A stretch of 64,000 nucleotides of DNA from Nitrospirota bacterium. GTDB taxonomy: Bacteria > Nitrospirota > Thermodesulfovibrionia > Thermodesulfovibrionales > Dissulfurispiraceae. Positions within the stretch are counted from its first letter, which is position 1; the number at the start of each line of letters is the position of its first letter. The position numbers and the translations under genes are program-made. The DNA lies in NCBI GenBank assembly GCA_963710375.1, contig CAVPZX010000004.1, forward strand, positions 160,001 through 224,000, in the 5' to 3' direction. Below, piece by piece: positions 1-10,375 of the stretch. The notes under the pieces are model-generated. The model did not search any database, had not been told where the DNA came from, and saw nothing but the letters and a program-made list of their open reading frames with translations.

Positions 1-36
1 TAATATTGTGATAAAACGCAAGGAGCACTCCAAAAT

Positions 37-125
37 GTGAATAGTGAATGGTGAAAGGCGAATAGTGAGCGGCTCAAGACACATCACAAAAAAAATCTTC
101 ACCTTTCACCATTCACTATTCACCA
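37..125. repeat. Inverted heptamer tandem repeat, (GTGAANN)n ... (TTCACNN)n
   Basis: gtgaata gtgaatg gtgaaag gcgaata at 37-70; ttcacct ttcacca ttcacta ttcacca at 98-125. Confidence 0.85.
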
Positions 126-238
126 ATTTTTCGCTCTATTGTCCAAAGAATCGACAATATTGTATAATTCTGAATAATTTGTGGGGCATATCCATATGTC
201 CTGGCTTTAAATAATATAATAAGGGAGGTGAACTAAAC

Positions 239-523
239 ATGAGGATGAAATCGATTATCACTTTATTAGTAGCGATGGTATTTACACTCGGTATGGTCAG
301 CTTGACCTTTGCAGCCGATGCAAAGGAAGCAAAAGGCACTGTTACCAAGGTGGCGGGCATGATGCTTACTATCAAAGATGCAGCCGGTAAAGAAGTAACT
401 ATCAAGGCCAGCAACGCCAAGGACGTAAAGGTCGGCGAAATGGTTACTGTTAAGGACGGCAAGGCTACCAAAGAGGCAGCACCTGCAGCTCCTGCAAAGA
501 AGAAAAGCACAGGCGGTTATTAA
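239..523 (+). CDS. Small secreted Lys/Ala-rich protein (probable OB-fold-like domain)
   Basis: SD GGAGGT upstream, signal peptide ending TFAA, KGTVTKV/VKVGEMVTV pattern, followed by terminator. Confidence 0.75.
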   Translation: MRMKSIITLLVAMVFTLGMVSLTFAADAKEAKGTVTKVAGMMLTIKDAAGKEVTIKASNAKDVKVGEMVTVKDGKATKEAAPAAPAKKKSTGGY

Positions 524-552
524 TACTAACAAATGTTATCAGTGTGCCTCAG

Positions 553-585
553 AGGGGTGGGAGTTAAAAGCTCACGCCCCTTTTT
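553..585 (+). terminator. Rho-independent terminator
   Basis: ggggtgggag-loop-ctcacgcccc followed by a T run. Confidence 0.75.
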
Positions 586-613
586 ATTACCGCGGTTATA
601 AGATAAGAGAGAT

Positions 614-1375
614 ATGCCTTCCTGGAAAGATAATGTATCTTTTGTGCTTGTCGAGCCGCGTGAGTCTGCCAATATAGGGGCCTCTGCGCGGGCGTTAAAA
701 AACATGGGTTTCAATACCCTTTGCCTTGTAAAAGCGCCTGAGCTTAATGACGAGGCGCTGCGGCTCGCCCGTAACGCCCTGGATGTCCTGGAAGCGGCAA
801 AGCGTTACGCCAGTCTTGCGGATGCGATTGACGACCAATCGTTTGTTGTTGCTGTTGCGCGGAGGACAGGTAAGAGACGCGGGATGGTACTCCCGCTCGA
901 TCAGGGCGCGCAGAAAGTGTATGATATCGCCTCATATTGCAAAGTGGCGCTTCTCTTCGGCAGGGAGGACAGGGGGCTGTATAATGAAGAGGTCAACGAA
1001 TGCGGCCTGCTATTGACTATTCCTGCTGACAGGGAGCAGCCTTCTTTAAACCTCTCCCACGCTGTAATGGTTGTGGCCTATGAGCTTTCGAGAGCGCAAT
1101 ACAGAGAAGATGCTGTTCAGGATGCACCTTCGAAGTCGAAGCGCCCGCCTAGGCGGGGCAGCCAGGTGAGCCATGGAGAACTTGCCGCGCTTTATGAACG
1201 AATGTCAAATATCATAACGCTGCTCGGCTATATCCCCCGCGGTGACAGGAACCTTCAGAAGGAGATTATAGATAACTTAAAGCACTTCATCGGTAGGGCG
1301 GGACTCACTTACTGGGAGCTTAAAATGCTCCACGGCTTCTGCTCGCAGATAGAAATAAAGTTGGGGAGAGAGTAG
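614..1375 (+). CDS. trmJ: SpoU-family tRNA/rRNA 2'-O-methyltransferase (TrmJ/LasT)
   Basis: VLVEP..NIGASARALKNMG, ALLFGREDRGL, PSLNLSHAV motifs. Confidence 0.9.
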   Translation: MPSWKDNVSFVLVEPRESANIGASARALKNMGFNTLCLVKAPELNDEALRLARNALDVLEAAKRYASLADAIDDQSFVVAVARRTGKRRGMVLPLDQGAQKVYDIASYCKVALLFGREDRGLYNEEVNECGLLLTIPADREQPSLNLSHAVMVVAYELSRAQYREDAVQDAPSKSKRPPRRGSQVSHGELAALYERMSNIITLLGYIPRGDRNLQKEIIDNLKHFIGRAGLTYWELKMLHGFCSQIEIKLGRE

Positions 1376-1400
1376 GGTGATTTCTATCATACAAAAAAAC

Positions 1401-1895
1401 TCATTTGACCTTTTTATAAATCTCCTGAACTGCAGGGTTGTTTAACAGCCGGTTAATTATGGGGTTTGAAGCAAGCCTGCTAATATCGCCGGTTCTTATC
1501 GCTTCCTGGATTTCAGGGTCCAGCAACGCCTGTTTAAATTCAGGACTGTCCTGTAGAGACATAATCAGTTTCAGCAACTCCGGATCGTTGAGCATCTGCT
1601 GCTGGAGACTACTGACCTGAGGATTGAACCTCTTTTTATACGGGGAACTATCACCATGTTCAGCTTCAGATTGTGGTTGAAGAGACTTCGAAGTTATAGC
1701 ACGTATCCGGGCACCGTTTATGTTCAGCATGCCGAGACTCGCTGTTTTAATTTTATAGATACCGTTGCTGAATGAGATAATCTCGCCTGATACAACGCTC
1801 CCATCAGTCAATTCAATATTATTTATATCGGCTGCTGAAACTTGAGAGCACATAAAAACCAGCAGAACCGTCAGACAAAATAATGCATGCCTCAT
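1401..1895 (-). CDS. Secreted hypothetical protein
   Basis: Signal peptide, IELTDGSVVSGEI motif, helical C-terminus; SD GGAGG upstream of MRHALF. Confidence 0.7.
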   Translation of the reverse strand: MRHALFCLTVLLVFMCSQVSAADINNIELTDGSVVSGEIISFSNGIYKIKTASLGMLNINGARIRAITSKSLQPQSEAEHGDSSPYKKRFNPQVSSLQQQMLNDPELLKLIMSLQDSPEFKQALLDPEIQEAIRTGDISRLASNPIINRLLNNPAVQEIYKKVK

Positions 1896-1966
1896 ATACC
1901 CTCCGCACATATCACGAGATATGATACGAATTTACAAAACTTTCTTTAATTATACAGTGTTTACAA

Positions 1967-3001
1967 TCAGACCGCTGTTGGCGGACGCCGATCTCGGTTC
2001 TGCCTTTCGACCATCCATCCTGGATACTCTGGGGGCAATGCACTTGCTTCGTCGAGTTGGGCAATATGCTCCGGTGTCAAACGCACATCGCTCGAGGTGA
2101 GATTGTCAGCGAGTTGTTCGCGTGACTTTGCCCCGATGATAACACTGGTAATGCAAGGGCGTGTCAGGAGCCAGGCGAGAGCAACCCTCGCAACTGAGAT
2201 GTCCATATCCTTGGAGACAGCACGCAGCACCTTGAGTACCGCACCAACACGCACCTTATCAACTGGTGGAAAGTCGAACAAGGTGCGCCGAGCACCTTCC
2301 GGGCCGGGCTTATCGATGTCAAACTTACCCGACAGTAGACCGCCGGCCAACGGACTCCATGGAAGAATGGCCAGACCCTGATCTTGGGCCAAAGGTACCA
2401 CCTCGCGCTCGATGTCGCGGCTTGCTATCGAGTAGTACATCTGGGCGCTGACAAAGCGTGTCAGACCATGTGCGTCGGCGTGTCCGAGCGCCTTCATCGC
2501 CAGCCAGGCCGGCAGATTGCAGAAACCGACATAACGCACCTTACCAATGCGAACAAGATCGTCAAGAGCGCGCACGGTTTCCTCTATAGGAGTATCGAGG
2601 TCGTAACCATGTATCTGGTATAGGTCGATGAAGTCCAGTTTCAGACGGCGCAGGCTCGCGTCAACCGCTGAGAAAATGTGAGCGCGTGATAAGCCCACCT
2701 GATTAGGGCCGGGACCCATGCGTAAGTGGACCTTGGTGGCAACGATAACCTGATCTCGTGGGCGGCCAAGTGAAGCAAGCGCCATACCGACAAACTTCTC
2801 CGACTCCCCTTCTGAATAGGCGTCAGCTGTGTCGATTAAGTTTACGCCGGCGTCAAGCGCCGTTCCAATGAGCGCTTCGGACTCAGACGCGGACAGCTTG
2901 CCAATAGCGCCCCAGAATCCTCCCTTCCCGGAGAATGTCATGGTCCCGAGACACAATTCGGAAACGTATAGACCTGTCTTGCCAAAAATACGATAACGCA
3001 T
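1967..3001 (-). CDS. Aldo/keto reductase
   Basis: LCLGTMTF, IDTADAYSEGESE, IDLYQIH, PWSPLAGGLLSGK. Confidence 0.95.
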   Translation of the reverse strand: MRYRIFGKTGLYVSELCLGTMTFSGKGGFWGAIGKLSASESEALIGTALDAGVNLIDTADAYSEGESEKFVGMALASLGRPRDQVIVATKVHLRMGPGPNQVGLSRAHIFSAVDASLRRLKLDFIDLYQIHGYDLDTPIEETVRALDDLVRIGKVRYVGFCNLPAWLAMKALGHADAHGLTRFVSAQMYYSIASRDIEREVVPLAQDQGLAILPWSPLAGGLLSGKFDIDKPGPEGARRTLFDFPPVDKVRVGAVLKVLRAVSKDMDISVARVALAWLLTRPCITSVIIGAKSREQLADNLTSSDVRLTPEHIAQLDEASALPPEYPGWMVERQNRDRRPPTAV

Positions 3002-3044
3002 AATATTTCTCCTCTTCGCTAAATTTGCGCATTCAATGCGATAA

Positions 3045-3521
3045 TCACTCCCTGCCTTCCGGTTTCGGCCTCCATTTCGTTTTGGCTATCCATCCCTCTG
3101 ATGACGTCTCGATACGGTCGAAGCGCGCCACATATGGTTTGATATCCAACAGCGCGGTATTGTCCAATATATCGATGCCTTCGACTATGAGGACATTCCC
3201 GTTTCTCTGTTTCAGCCTCACAATAGAGAGCCCTATACCATTGGGTCTGCATGGGTGTCTGGATGCGAATACTCCATGTGGTTCGTCATCCAGAAACGTC
3301 GGCCTCACAAGTTCAACCTTCCCCGCCCTGTCAAAGTGATAAAGCAGGTATATGTGCGAAAAGCCCTCGATGTCTTTCAATCCACCGGCGAACTCTGTAA
3401 ATACCTCTATGCTTCCCGTTGTGTCGGCCGCATAAACGGGCTGGATCGGGCATCCGTCCTTTGAGGTAAATGGACTGTGGATGATACCGATTGGCTTAAA
3501 TGTAATCGTGTTTGTTGTCAA
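3045..3521 (-). CDS. tsaA: tRNA (N6-threonylcarbamoyladenosine(37)-N6)-methyltransferase TrmO family
   Basis: PIGIIHSPF, GVFASRHPCRPNGIGLS, LLDIKPY. Confidence 0.9.
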   Translation of the reverse strand: MTTNTITFKPIGIIHSPFTSKDGCPIQPVYAADTTGSIEVFTEFAGGLKDIEGFSHIYLLYHFDRAGKVELVRPTFLDDEPHGVFASRHPCRPNGIGLSIVRLKQRNGNVLIVEGIDILDNTALLDIKPYVARFDRIETSSEGWIAKTKWRPKPEGRE

Positions 3522-3686
3522 GAATCATTTGTCCTTTATCTTATATTTTTTCACAATTAGCAATTTTCTTCAATCATCTTTGTAAATAATTTTTTCGTTT
3601 TTGTATTATCAGGCCGGTTATAATAAGCGGACGGACCGTTGGCTATAGTTAAGTTGGGTTATTTTTTATCATAAAGGTGGCCGCTG

Positions 3687-4847
3687 TTGAAAACAAACGA
3701 TGCGAAACACGATAAAACAGCAATCCTCACGCTCTGTTTCGGAACTGTGGCGATCTGCTCCGATATTTACGTTGCCCAGCCTATTTTGCCGCTTTTAAGC
3801 ACGACTTTTGGTGTAAGCCATACAGTTGCGAGTCTGGCAGTATCTTTAAACATCCTTGCACTCTCCCTTGCATTGCTCGTTTACGGGCCTATTTCAGATT
3901 ATGCCGGTCGCAAACCTGTCATGGTTACCACCGGTTTTTTGCTGGTAATTCCGACTCTTTCTATCGCATTTACCGATAACTTTACAATTTTTCTGGTCCT
4001 GCGCACAGTTCAGGGGCTTTTCGTGGCAGGTATAGCGGCCATTGCAATGGCATATATAAATGAAGAGTTTCCTTCGGCAATTATGGGCAGAATGATGGGA
4101 TTTTATGTAAGTTCGATGGTCTCAGCCGGTTTTTTGGGGAGGGTGCTGAGCGGGGTGCTGGCAGGGACCTTCAATTGGAGAATAACCTTTATAGTGTTCG
4201 GTATATTGAATTTGGTGGGCTCATGCATCATGTATTATTTTCTGCCGGACTCAAGGCACTTCATACGCAGCGCTGGTCTTTTGAATGCGTATAGGGCAAT
4301 GTTAAAACACTTCAATAACAGGAGATTGGCCGGGGCTTTTGTAATAGCATTTACTTTATTCTTTACGTTTACAGGAGCCTTCACTTACATCACGTTTTAT
4401 CTCAGCGCTCCGCCCTTCAATCTCTCAACAGTCGCGCTTGGACTAATTTTCACGGTATACATAACAGGCGTGCTTTCACCTGTTGCAGGCTCCCTCTCAG
4501 GGAGGTTTGGCCGGAGGGCGGTTATGGGGTCCGGGCTTATGATCGCTGCGCTCGGGATTTCCCTTACCATGGTACATTCCCTGGCGGTGATTATTTCCGG
4601 CCTGTTCCTTCTCTGTGCGGGGCTGTTTTCCACACAACCTGCTGCCGGGTCATTCGTCGGAGACAATGCAAAGTCGAGCAAGGGTTCGGCCACATCTCTT
4701 TATCTGTTTTCATACTACATTGGAGGGAGTGCAGGGGCCTTTTTGCCCGGTTTTTTATGGAACGCCCACGGCTGGCCGGGTGTTCTGTCCGCCTGCTTCA
4801 TTTCTATTGCCATAGCATTTCTCTCGCTTGCGACACTCTGCCGCTGA
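3687..4847 (+). CDS. MFS transporter (YnfM-like)
   Basis: About 12 TM segments, GPISDYAGRK motif A, YVAQPILP, SLYLFSYYIGGS. Confidence 0.9.
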   Translation: MKTNDAKHDKTAILTLCFGTVAICSDIYVAQPILPLLSTTFGVSHTVASLAVSLNILALSLALLVYGPISDYAGRKPVMVTTGFLLVIPTLSIAFTDNFTIFLVLRTVQGLFVAGIAAIAMAYINEEFPSAIMGRMMGFYVSSMVSAGFLGRVLSGVLAGTFNWRITFIVFGILNLVGSCIMYYFLPDSRHFIRSAGLLNAYRAMLKHFNNRRLAGAFVIAFTLFFTFTGAFTYITFYLSAPPFNLSTVALGLIFTVYITGVLSPVAGSLSGRFGRRAVMGSGLMIAALGISLTMVHSLAVIISGLFLLCAGLFSTQPAAGSFVGDNAKSSKGSATSLYLFSYYIGGSAGAFLPGFLWNAHGWPGVLSACFISIAIAFLSLATLCR

Positions 4848-4861
4848 GATGTTTGTTTAAT

Positions 4862-6697
4862 CTAAATCTCCATCTGCCCAGTGTTGTCAGATGCGGCAGG
4901 AATATAGATATGGACAACTGTCCCTTTGCCAGGTTCAGATTCCATAACAATATGTCCTTTGTGACCTTGTATAATAGAATAACAAAGAGCTAGTCCCAGT
5001 CCAACTCCACTCTGGTAGCCCATTTGTTTTGTTGTAAAATACGGCTCAAAAACTTTTGGGAGATTTTCTTTGGCTATTCCAGTGCCGTGGTCTTTAACTG
5101 CTATTTCGATATACTTACCTTCTTGCAGGGGGAGCTTGTCAAGGCTGCCGAGAACAGCATTATTTGCAACGATCTCTATAACCCCGCCATTTGGCATCGC
5201 TTCACCGGCATTTTCAATCAATTCATGCATTACCTGAGAGATCTGCCTCTCATCTATTTCAGCAGGCCACAGATTATCCGGAACAGACATATTTATCTTG
5301 AATGAATCCTTTGATAATGATGTGCATATATCCTGTAACAGGTGCACAAGTGATGATCTCTTCCTCACTAATTTAACTCCTGAAGCAAATTCCTCTAATT
5401 GGCGGGTCAGTTCCTTTACTTTCACACAGGCGGTTTCAGCAGTTGCAAGGTATTCATACGCTTGGCTGGAAGGAGGGATAAGTTCCCTGGAAAGAGATAT
5501 GTACCCCATGACAGACGTCAACAGGTTGTTAAAGTCATGCGTTATGCCTTTTGCAAGGATTGAGACTGATTCAAGTTTTCTGTGTTTTAAAAGTTCTTCC
5601 TCATTTTTTTTACGATCCGTTAAATCTTTTGCCACACAGACGATCCCATGCATTTTGCCTTTGACGGACATGGTGGAACCGGAAATGAGCACAGGAATCT
5701 TTGAGCCGTCTTTGGTGAGGTAATTTGTTTCAAGATTACTGACGAGCCCTTTGGAGCTTATCTCGCCAATAATAGCATCGCCGGCTACGGTGCCGCCATC
5801 CAGGATCATTGCAATAGGGTTGCCAATAAGTTCTTTTTCCTGGTAGCCCAGCAGTGCAACTGCAGCATCATTCGCCATAATAATCTTCTTGTGTGGCGAT
5901 AATACGATAAGTGCATCGATTATGCTCTTGATTATCGTATCCACATAGTCTCTGGAGACCGTCACTGTCTCCAAACTGTCGAGCATTTGGTTAAATCTGT
6001 CAGCCAGCAATTTAAGCTCGCCCGTCGTCTTTACCTCTACACGATTGGATAAATCGCCACTGGCAAGTGCGCGAGTAGCCCTGGTAAGTTCCACTATGGG
6101 GTCTAATATCATCTTTCGTGAAACAACAAACAACATGACTGTCAGGACAAGCGCTACGCTCATGTTCAGCACAATAATAAACAGAATAGTATGGGTGATC
6201 TGCTCTTTGACCCTGTATTCCGACATTCCAATAGTAATTTTACCAACACGCTCAAGTCCGATTTCGATTGGAGCGGAGACTTCCGTAATAGGATCCAGCT
6301 TTTTAAGATCACCGATAATGTCCTGGATGCTGCTCTCCTTTGGTAAATGCGAGAGAAATTCGTTGAACCTTGCTGACCGGTAATTTATGCTGGCAAATTG
6401 AGAGGTTAGAAGATTCCCTTGTTCATCGCTGATCACAGCATAGGCAATGTCTGCCCTGTGCAGATCGTTCACATAGGCATCGAGTTGCTGATAATCCTTC
6501 AGGACCACACTGTCACCGCTCTGCCGCGCTACTAATGAAGCAAGACTTCGCCCTTGAGCCAGCAAGGAGCCCATAAGAATTCTCTGTTCATTGATTGCAA
6601 CAACGACACTCAGTCCAAGCGTACCGATGACGAGTATAAGACATGTAATACTCAGGAATCGAAAGCTGATGCTGTTTTGGAATTTTTTTTTGAACAT
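4862..6697 (-). CDS. Sensor histidine kinase (TM-HAMP-PAS-HisKA-HATPase)
   Basis: THDFNNLL H-box, PYFTTK, GLGLALCYSII. Confidence 0.92.
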   Translation of the reverse strand: MFKKKFQNSISFRFLSITCLILVIGTLGLSVVVAINEQRILMGSLLAQGRSLASLVARQSGDSVVLKDYQQLDAYVNDLHRADIAYAVISDEQGNLLTSQFASINYRSARFNEFLSHLPKESSIQDIIGDLKKLDPITEVSAPIEIGLERVGKITIGMSEYRVKEQITHTILFIIVLNMSVALVLTVMLFVVSRKMILDPIVELTRATRALASGDLSNRVEVKTTGELKLLADRFNQMLDSLETVTVSRDYVDTIIKSIIDALIVLSPHKKIIMANDAAVALLGYQEKELIGNPIAMILDGGTVAGDAIIGEISSKGLVSNLETNYLTKDGSKIPVLISGSTMSVKGKMHGIVCVAKDLTDRKKNEEELLKHRKLESVSILAKGITHDFNNLLTSVMGYISLSRELIPPSSQAYEYLATAETACVKVKELTRQLEEFASGVKLVRKRSSLVHLLQDICTSLSKDSFKINMSVPDNLWPAEIDERQISQVMHELIENAGEAMPNGGVIEIVANNAVLGSLDKLPLQEGKYIEIAVKDHGTGIAKENLPKVFEPYFTTKQMGYQSGVGLGLALCYSIIQGHKGHIVMESEPGKGTVVHIYIPAASDNTGQMEI

Positions 6698-6733
6698 TTC
6701 TATAACACATTACCACAGCATGTCGCAGCTGAT

Positions 6734-7721
6734 CTATTCAATTTTCTTGCTTACACTCTCCATAACTTTTTTAGGGACATTGAACCGTCCGGCGCTCAAT
6801 GTCTTTAAATTGAGCACCACGCCGAATTCTCTCACGGGTTCTATTGGAATAGATGAGGGCCTTTCACCCCTTAAAATCTTTATCGCCTTTTCTCCAGCTA
6901 GATGGCCGTCGGCATAATAATTCGCATACGTGCCGAGAAGAACTCCCTTGTCCACCATGTCCTGGAGATGGGATATCGTGACCACGCCTGCCTTGGCAGC
7001 CATATCTGTGATCGTTGAAATTTCCCGGTCTACAAGGTTGCTGCCGGTTATATAAATCGCATCCGATGTGTGGATAACGGCAGGCAAAATTTCAGCAATA
7101 TCCTCCTGCTTCGTTAATGGGACAGGCACGATTCGGAATGAATATTTCGGCTGTACTTTTAGAATATCTTTAAGTATCGACACTGAATTCTTCTCGCCGG
7201 GATTATAAAGCACAGCCAGTCTCTGAATGGTCTGGAACTCTGCCAGGAGATCAATGAGCTTTGATACTTGCAGTTTCGTGGAAGTACCTGTTGTATTATT
7301 GCCTGAGCTCCTCCAGCCTTTAGATATTCCTGCATCTACAGGATCATATACTACAGCAAACACTATGGGTGTTGTTTTAATCTCTCTGACAGTAGCTATT
7401 GTTGCAGAAGTGCCGAGTGTAAAGATTAAATCCATTTTTGAGGCTGCAAATTTCTGTACCAACTCAGACTGCCTTAGCCTTATTGGCGCCTGCGTTTTCA
7501 ATAATGAATTTTGTTTTAGGTTCCTTAAAACCGGATTCCTTGAGCGCATCAATAAAGCCCCTTGCAGCATCCTGATAGCGGGTCTCTTCACTAAAAGAAA
7601 GGACTCCTATTCTCTTTTCAGCCATAGCTTCCGAAGAAAGGAGAGATATGCTTGTGATTAAAACAAAACATAATAAGATTGTTTTAACCACCCAAAATGT
7701 TTTATCGTCTTCGCTGTTCAT
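6734..7721 (-). CDS. ABC-type substrate-binding (sensor-associated) protein, split by a +1 frameshift at ~7468
   Basis: ORF 7464-7721 carries the signal peptide and N-terminus; ORF 6734-7591 carries VYDPVDAG, GNNTTG. Removing base 7468 gives KAKAAELVQK. Confidence 0.85.
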
Positions 7722-7977
7722 CCGGTTGCAATTAGTAAAACCAAAAAAGTTAAGTAAAAACAGACGGATTTATTTCCACTAATAATAGAATAACACTATT
7801 TGCCCGTATTTTTGAAATTCTTCTGCTAACTTCTAGTACTCTCCAGCATCATTACGAGGGGGAAAGGCAGTTGTCTACAATAGAGAAAACTGCTATTATT
7901 AGTTCAGTAGGCCGAACCGCTTCGTGCAGTCCTCATTCATTGGTTTTTCTTCATTAAAGAAGAGGAGGTAAGTAAAA

Positions 7978-8406
7978 ATGCCTATACGCAAAGCAGAAGC
8001 AATATGGGAAGGCAATCTCAGCAAAGGAAAGGGTCGCATAAAATTAGGTAGCGGAGGGTATGAGGGACCTTATTCGTTCGCTTCCCGTTTCGAGGACGGC
8101 ACAGGTACAAATCCAGAGGAACTGATCGGAGCGGCCCATGCAGGCTGTTTTTCTATGGCTCTATCATTCATGCTTGACAAGACAGGCCACACAGCTGAAC
8201 ATATCCACACCGTAGCGAAGGTTTCTGTTCAGAAAGTGGGCGACGGATTCAAGATCACTACTATAGAGTTGGACACAGAGGCCAAAGTCCCGGGCATGGA
8301 TGAAAAATCTTTCTTGGAGCAGGCCGAGGCAGCTAAAACAGGATGCCCGGTTTCTCAGGCCTTGAGCGGGACCGAGATCAAATTGAAAGCGAGGCTGATA
8401 AGTTAG
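7978..8406 (+). CDS. osmC: OsmC-family peroxiredoxin
   Basis: SRFEDGTGTNPEELIGAAHAGCFSMAL, CPVSQAL. Confidence 0.95.
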   Translation: MPIRKAEAIWEGNLSKGKGRIKLGSGGYEGPYSFASRFEDGTGTNPEELIGAAHAGCFSMALSFMLDKTGHTAEHIHTVAKVSVQKVGDGFKITTIELDTEAKVPGMDEKSFLEQAEAAKTGCPVSQALSGTEIKLKARLIS

Positions 8407-8474
8407 CCAGGACGGCTGGTGCATGCACAGCAAGCCCTTGCTTTGGTGTAATTCTTTATGGAATGGAGGCAACC

Positions 8475-8663
8475 ATGGCAATATGGAAATGCAACAAATG
8501 CGGCAATACTATAGATACGAATGTTCCTCCTGATACATGCCCGGCGTGTAAAGAGAATTGTGAATTTGTGAACGTCACGTGCTATATACCTGAGTGTGGG
8601 GGACCGGCATCCGGCAATATCAATCCTGAAGTATTTAAAAAAAGCTCTGATTCCGATGTATGA
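8475..8663 (+). CDS. Small rubredoxin-like protein
   Basis: SD GGAGG; WKCNKCG...PPDTCPACKENCEF...CYIPECGG. Confidence 0.85.
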   Translation: MAIWKCNKCGNTIDTNVPPDTCPACKENCEFVNVTCYIPECGGPASGNINPEVFKKSSDSDV

Positions 8664-8717
8664 GTCTCCATATGCTGAATGCTGAGGTCTGTAATCATTA
8701 GATGATCGGGAGTAATA

Positions 8718-9197
8718 ATGGATATTGCAATTGAAAAAGCACCGGGTGGCTTTCGGATAGACGGGCTTGAACTCAAGGGCGGTAAGTGCGGCTGCACCTC
8801 TGTGCTTCCCTGTTGCTTCAGCTGGTCTAAATTAAAGAGACGCGACGGCACGTTCTCGTTTGTCGCAAAAGCCGACACCCCGGAAACCAAAGAGAACTTC
8901 ACATGGGGATACACAGTGAGAAAAGGTGAATATGTCGTCGAAGTAATTTTCGATGATGCTCGTGACAAGACCATCTTTTCCGGATTCTATCCGCCCCGGC
9001 CCGAAGAATGGGTCGATCGGGGCTGGGAAATTATTGCGAGGGTCGGAGAGCGTGAAGACGGCCCTCTGTGGCGTTGCGCCGCCTGCAAGTGGCTCTATAA
9101 GGAAGACAAAGAAGACGTGAAGTTCGAGAACCTTCCGTCTGACTGGAAATGCCCGGTCTGTAAAGCAGGAAAAGACGTTTTCGAAAAAATCGGCTGA
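8718..9197 (+). CDS. Rubredoxin domain fused to a Cys-rich N-terminal domain
   Basis: KCGCTSVLPCC at the N-terminus; WRCAACKWLY...LPSDWKCPVC rubredoxin. Confidence 0.85.
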   Translation: MDIAIEKAPGGFRIDGLELKGGKCGCTSVLPCCFSWSKLKRRDGTFSFVAKADTPETKENFTWGYTVRKGEYVVEVIFDDARDKTIFSGFYPPRPEEWVDRGWEIIARVGEREDGPLWRCAACKWLYKEDKEDVKFENLPSDWKCPVCKAGKDVFEKIG

Positions 9198-9312
9198 TAT
9201 TAATATCGCCAAACATTAGCAGGTCAGTGCGATTTCAGCTGCTTTGTCCGCAACGGAATATTGGGGACGAACAGTGAGCATCAATACTAATAAACAGAAC
9301 AGGGAGGTAACT

Positions 9313-9729
9313 ATGGCAAGCAAGAAACTGCTCGATAAGCTTAACGACGCTATTGCGCGGGAAATCCAGGTCAGTGTCCAGTATATGTGGCAGCACGCTA
9401 TGATCAAAGGGATCAACTCCGAATCTGTTGGCGGGGTATTCAAAAAGACGGCCATCACTGAGATGAAGCATGCTGAGAGCATCGCAGAGCGGCTCGACTA
9501 TCTCGGGGGAGTGCCGACAACGAAACCCACTCCGATCGAAATCGGCAAATCTGCCGAGGAGATGCTCCGCATCAATAAAAAGGCCGAAGAAGATGCCATA
9601 GTGCTTTACAAAGAGATTGTCGCCCTTGCGGAAAAAGAAGGCGATATAGTCACGAAGAAGCTTTTCGAAAGCATCCTCTCGGATGAGGAAGAACACCATA
9701 ACATTTTTCAGACCCTGCTCGGCATATAG
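9313..9729 (+). CDS. Ferritin-like / bacterioferritin-family protein
   Basis: SD GGAGGT; ARE..QY, EMKHAE, EEDAIVLY, DEEEHH diiron motifs. Confidence 0.9.
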   Translation: MASKKLLDKLNDAIAREIQVSVQYMWQHAMIKGINSESVGGVFKKTAITEMKHAESIAERLDYLGGVPTTKPTPIEIGKSAEEMLRINKKAEEDAIVLYKEIVALAEKEGDIVTKKLFESILSDEEEHHNIFQTLLGI

Positions 9730-9746
9730 GCCGCTGTTGCGAGAAA

Positions 9747-9781
9747 AGATCCGGGCCGGCGTTAGGCAGCCGGCCGGATCT
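9747..9781. terminator. GC-rich hairpin downstream of the ferritin-like gene
   Basis: agatccgg-gccggc...gccggc-cggatct inverted repeat; no U-tract. Confidence 0.45.
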
Positions 9782-9811
9782 GCTTCATCCGCCTTCCTGA
9801 ACACTGCGTGC

Positions 9812-9855
9812 TTGACAAATATTCCTTTGGCAATTAAAATAGTTGCATATACAAC
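9812..9855 (+). promoter_or_regulatory. sigma70 promoter with adjacent putative MarR operator
   Basis: TTGACA (9812) -17 nt- TAAAAT (9835), then near-palindrome GTTGCATATACAAC (9842-9855). Confidence 0.8.
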
Positions 9856-9867
9856 ATCATTGCAGAC

Positions 9868-10320
9868 ATGGACGAAAAACAGACATTAAAACTGATCGAA
9901 ACCATAGGCCGGGAATGCCTGGCAGTGCGTGTACGCAAGATCAGTCGCGTGATCACCGGCATATATGACAGGGCCATGAGGCCCCACGGGATCAAAGTCA
10001 ACCAGGCTGGCATCCTGATAATGATCTCTCTCACCAAGAACCCTAGGTCTGGCGATATATGCCGAACGTTCCAGATGGAGAAATCAACGGTCAGCCGCAA
10101 TCTCGAACGTATGAGGAATCAGGGCTGGATAGAAGTCGGCAAAGGAGACGAAGGGCTTTCCCAAGTTCTCACGGTTACGCCGAAAGGGAAAAAACTTCTG
10201 GCCGAGATTTACGGTAAATGGGAGAAGGCGCAAAAAGAGGTAGCCGAATTTCTGGGCGAAGATGGAGTGAAGGCGGTTCACATGCTGACGGGCCGCATGT
10301 CCGGACCAATGGGGAGGTAG
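9868..10320 (+). CDS. MarR-family transcriptional regulator
   Basis: CLAVRVRKISRVITGIYD, MEKSTVSRNL, LTVTPKG. Confidence 0.92.
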   Translation: MDEKQTLKLIETIGRECLAVRVRKISRVITGIYDRAMRPHGIKVNQAGILIMISLTKNPRSGDICRTFQMEKSTVSRNLERMRNQGWIEVGKGDEGLSQVLTVTPKGKKLLAEIYGKWEKAQKEVAEFLGEDGVKAVHMLTGRMSGPMGR

Positions 10321-10343
10321 AAATAGGGCATTTTTTTTGGACT

Positions 10344-10361
10344 AATAGTTGCATATACAAC
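10344..10361. promoter_or_regulatory. Second copy of the putative MarR operator
   Basis: AATAGTTGCATATACAAC, identical to 9838-9855. Confidence 0.8.
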
Positions 10362-10375
10362 CAAAGGAGGCGGTG

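Noticed and set aside
9761..9767. GTTAGGC core-like heptamer in a hairpin loop
   Set aside because: Located in the loop, with no inverse core; not attC geometry
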